Of a stretch of DNA of 59,407 nucleotides, positions 57,011-59,407 are shown in pieces. The position numbers and the translations under genes were made by a program. Source of the DNA: Candidatus Omnitrophica bacterium UBA6233 (GTDB lineage: Bacteria; Omnitrophota; Gorgyraeia; Gygaellales; Profunditerraquicolaceae); the NCBI GenBank assembly GCA_002440965.1, contig DJWJ01000038.1, forward strand, positions 1 to 59,407, given 5' to 3'. How positions within the stretch are numbered: position 1 is the stretch's first letter; each line of letters begins with the position of its first letter. Below the pieces are notes generated by a model, which saw only the letters and a program-made list of their open reading frames with translations, had not been told where the DNA came from and did no database searches.

Positions 57011-58147
57011 TTAATTATATTCCGCGTTAATTTTAATATATTCGGGCGTAAGGTCCGAAGTATAAACTGTAGCGCTTGCTTTACCCTGATTCAACGCAAC
57101 TTCAACATCTATGTCCTTCTTCTTTAGAGAACTGACTTTGACTTTCAAATCTTCTTCCTTAACCTTTATTCCGCCAGATCCTGCGGCGGCAGCGATCCTG
57201 CCGAAATTGGGATTCTGGCCGTAGACAGCTGTTTTAAAAAGACTGGAGTTGGCTATATTCAATGCCACTGTTTTAGCTTCTGCGTAATTTCTGGCGGAAG
57301 CGACTTTTATCTTGATAAATTTGCTTGCGCCTTCTGCGTCTTTAACGATCATTTTGGCTAATTCCAGACAAACAATAGTTAAGCCCTGGATAAATAAATC
57401 CAGATTTTTGCCCTTGCTTATCAAAGCGCTCTTGCTAGCTCCGTTTGCCAAAAGCATAACCGAATCATTCGTGCTCATACAACCATCAACGGTTATACAG
57501 TTAAAAGAATCTTTTACCGCCGCTTTCAACGCCTGATTAAGCGCTTGCCTTGATACGTTGGCATCCGTAAAAATAAAACTTAAAAGTGTTGCCATATTCG
57601 GCGCGATCATTCCGGCGCCCTTAGCCACCCCGCATATGATTATGGATTTTGAGTCTATATTTAACCTAACTGAAACTTCTTTAACAAAAGTATCAGTAGT
57701 CAGAATCGCCTTTTCAGCTTCATGGGCGCCCCCAGAGGACAATTTTTTAACTAACTCGGGAATACCGGATTTAATCTTATCAATTTGCAGCCTCTTGCCG
57801 ATTATCCCGGTTGAAGCAACCAAAATATTCTCTTTCCTTAACCCAAGCGCCACGGCTAAAGCTTGCGAAGTTTCTCGCGCGTCTTTTAACCCTTGCTTGG
57901 CGGTAAAACAATTCGCGTTTGCGCTATTGGCGATAATCGCCTGAAAAGAATCGCTAATCCTCAAATAATCTTTACTTAAAACAACCGGCGCAGCCAGTAT
58001 GCTATTAGTTGTAAATACGCAAGCGGCTTTCGCGGGGATTTCAGAGAAAAATAAAGCTAAGTCGGGTTTACCGGATTTCTTGATCCCGCAAGATATCCCG
58101 CTTGCCTTAAAACCCAGAGGTAGAATCGCTTTTTTAAGTATCTTCAT
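57011..58147 (-). CDS. argJ: Bifunctional ornithine acetyltransferase/N-acetylglutamate synthase
   Basis: GIKKSGKPDL, ILTTDT, KGAGMIAPNMATLL, DGCMSTNDS, DAEGASK. Confidence 0.96.
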   Translation of the reverse strand: MKILKKAILPLGFKASGISCGIKKSGKPDLALFFSEIPAKAACVFTTNSILAAPVVLSKDYLRISDSFQAIIANSANANCFTAKQGLKDARETSQALAVALGLRKENILVASTGIIGKRLQIDKIKSGIPELVKKLSSGGAHEAEKAILTTDTFVKEVSVRLNIDSKSIIICGVAKGAGMIAPNMATLLSFIFTDANVSRQALNQALKAAVKDSFNCITVDGCMSTNDSVMLLANGASKSALISKGKNLDLFIQGLTIVCLELAKMIVKDAEGASKFIKIKVASARNYAEAKTVALNIANSSLFKTAVYGQNPNFGRIAAAAGSGGIKVKEEDLKVKVSSLKKKDIDVEVALNQGKASATVYTSDLTPEYIKINAEYN

Positions 58148-58149
58148 TT

Positions 58150-58232
58150 TAATACCAAAGGTCAAAGCTCAAAATTCAAAATAAATCTAAATGACAAATA
58201 CCCAATGACAAAACCTTGGTTTTGGATTTTGA
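58150..58232. repeat. Family-1 palindrome, copy H (one arm truncated)
   Basis: TAATACCAAAGGTCAAAG...AAAACCTTGGTTTTGGATTTTGACATTTG. Confidence 0.85.
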
Positions 58233-58241
58233 CATTTGAGT

Positions 58242-59264
58242 TTATAATAACCCCATTGTCTCCGGGAATCCATACATTATATTCATATTCTGCACTGCCT
58301 GGCCAGAAGCCCCTTTTATCAGATTATCGATAGCACAAATTATAATCACGCTGTCAGGATTATTCATTATTCCAATGTCACAAAAATTAGTGCCCACCGC
58401 ATCTTTTAATCCCGGGAATTCCCCTTGCGCTTTTATCCTTACGAAAGGTTCGTTTTTATAAAATTTCTTATATAAATCAACCGGTTTTTGAATTTTGAAT
58501 TTTGAATTTTGAATTTTCTGCACATATATCGTCTCTAATATTCCTGCTCTTACCGGTAATAGATGCGGCACAAAAATTACATTAATCTTTTTACCCGCCA
58601 GCTTCGATAGCGCCTGATTGATTTCCGGGGTATGCTGGTGCACTCCAACCTTATAGGCCTTGAAATCCTCTTTGTCTCGCGAAGAAAAGAATTCTTCGGT
58701 TTTCTTTCTCCCGGCACCGCTTACGCCTGATTTGGCATCAATAATTATCGAGTTAAAATCCACCGGCCCCAAAGCCACCAGCGGGGCTAACGCCAGTATT
58801 GCTGCCGTCGGATAACATCCCGGATTAGCGACAATCTTCGCTTTTTTTATTTCGGCCCTGCATAATTCAGGGAGTCCGTAAACGGAAGCTTTTAAATTCG
58901 GTTTATCTTTATGCTTATATTGATAAAATTCTTCATAGACCTTAGAATCCTTGAGCCTATAATCGGCGCTCAGGTCAATTACCCTTTTACCCGCCTTAAT
59001 CAATTGCGGGACCAAGTCCATCGAAGAAGTGTGCGGCAAAGCCAGAAATACAGCATCGCATTTATCGACGATGTTCTTTATATCCGCTTTCGAACAAACT
59101 AATTCGAGTTTGCCGGAAAACTTGGGGAATATCTTAGAAATCGGCTTACCGAAAGCGCTGCCTGAAAAAAGCCCGGAAATTTTAACTTGCGGGTGATTAA
59201 GCAGGAGCCGAATCAATTCTTCTCCTGTATACCCAGTCACCCCCACGATTCCGACATTTATCAT
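58242..59264 (-). CDS. argC: N-acetyl-gamma-glutamyl-phosphate reductase
   Basis: GVTGYTG, DLSADYRL, ANPGCYPT, SGVSGAG, IDNLIKGASGQA. Confidence 0.97.
   Translation of the reverse strand: MINVGIVGVTGYTGEELIRLLLNHPQVKISGLFSGSAFGKPISKIFPKFSGKLELVCSKADIKNIVDKCDAVFLALPHTSSMDLVPQLIKAGKRVIDLSADYRLKDSKVYEEFYQYKHKDKPNLKASVYGLPELCRAEIKKAKIVANPGCYPTAAILALAPLVALGPVDFNSIIIDAKSGVSGAGRKKTEEFFSSRDKEDFKAYKVGVHQHTPEINQALSKLAGKKINVIFVPHLLPVRAGILETIYVQKIQNSKFKIQKPVDLYKKFYKNEPFVRIKAQGEFPGLKDAVGTNFCDIGIMNNPDSVIIICAIDNLIKGASGQAVQNMNIMYGFPETMGLL
58486..58517. repeat. (TTTTGAA)x4 tandem repeat within argC
   Basis: Four units plus a partial unit; encodes KIQNSKFKIQK. Confidence 0.95.
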
Positions 59265-59291
59265 CCCTAATCTCCTATAAATATATTTTTA

Positions 59292-59320
59292 ATCTTAGAA
59301 TAAAATCCCGTCGTAGTCAA
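59292..59320 (-). promoter_or_regulatory. Promoter of the arg operon
   Basis: TTGACT-N17-TAAGAT. Confidence 0.7.
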
Positions 59321-59340
59321 GCCTTTTCTCGTCGGGAACT

Positions 59341-59407
59341 GGGAATGATACCATAGATCCTTACCCCCTCCCCTGTGAGGGAAAATTAACCAAGCTTCTC
59401 TGTATAA
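59341..59407 (+). mobile_element. Left end (IRL) of a second copy of the same IS, truncated at window edge
   Basis: GGGAATGATACCATAGATCCTTACCCCCT shares a 17-bp exact inverted match and a GGGA terminus with 159-186; the internal sequence differs, so this is the opposite end. Confidence 0.7.

Noticed and set aside
10994-58232. Recurrent repeats as a CRISPR array
   Set aside because: Copies are dispersed kilobases apart, are not separated by regular unique spacers, and no cas genes are present.
214-59102. The many plus-strand ORFs in the track
   Set aside because: They are antisense shadows of well-supported minus-strand genes, with no recognisable motifs or RBS.
59265-59340. ARG box upstream of argC
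   Set aside because: No TGAATA-N-ATTCA-like palindrome was visible.
1-59407. Whole window as a composite transposon
   Set aside because: The cargo is core housekeeping DNA, the flanks inside the two IS ends share no duplication, and contig breakage at IS copies is the simpler explanation.

Overview
This 59.4-kb window, probably a whole contig, is bacterial chromosomal DNA. All 60 intact CDSs and a tRNA-Ala(CGC) lie on the minus strand. Gene content and order suggest a diderm anaerobe, plausibly Candidatus Omnitrophota (inference only). Main blocks, in window order: nucleotide-sugar genes (rfbE-like, rmlB, an NRS/ER-like epimerase-reductase, rmlA, SemiSWEET); tyrS, rpsA, plsC, pgm, rpe, nadD, proAB, obgE, rplU, rng (no rpmA); two pilin-like genes; mtaB and rsmE; an AmmeMemoRadiSam module; a type IV pilus/T2SS-like locus with 5 clustered pilins; a TPR protein; uvrA; glycosyltransferases; nadX, panC, folK; the DapL lysine operon; and the arg operon. 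Both ends carry termini of the same IS (shared 17-bp inverted repeat). The most unusual feature is dense colonisation of housekeeping operons by several small palindromic or 7-bp-periodic repeat families. They sit at gene junctions, nest inside one another, and lie in frame within rmlB, amrB, dapF, argD and argC. In two unrelated genes (amrB-amrA fusion and the TPR protein), a ~134-bp palindrome has lost its conserved TGA and now encodes a signal-peptide-like leader that is 35/47 identical between them. All comparisons were made by eye; no database searches were run.
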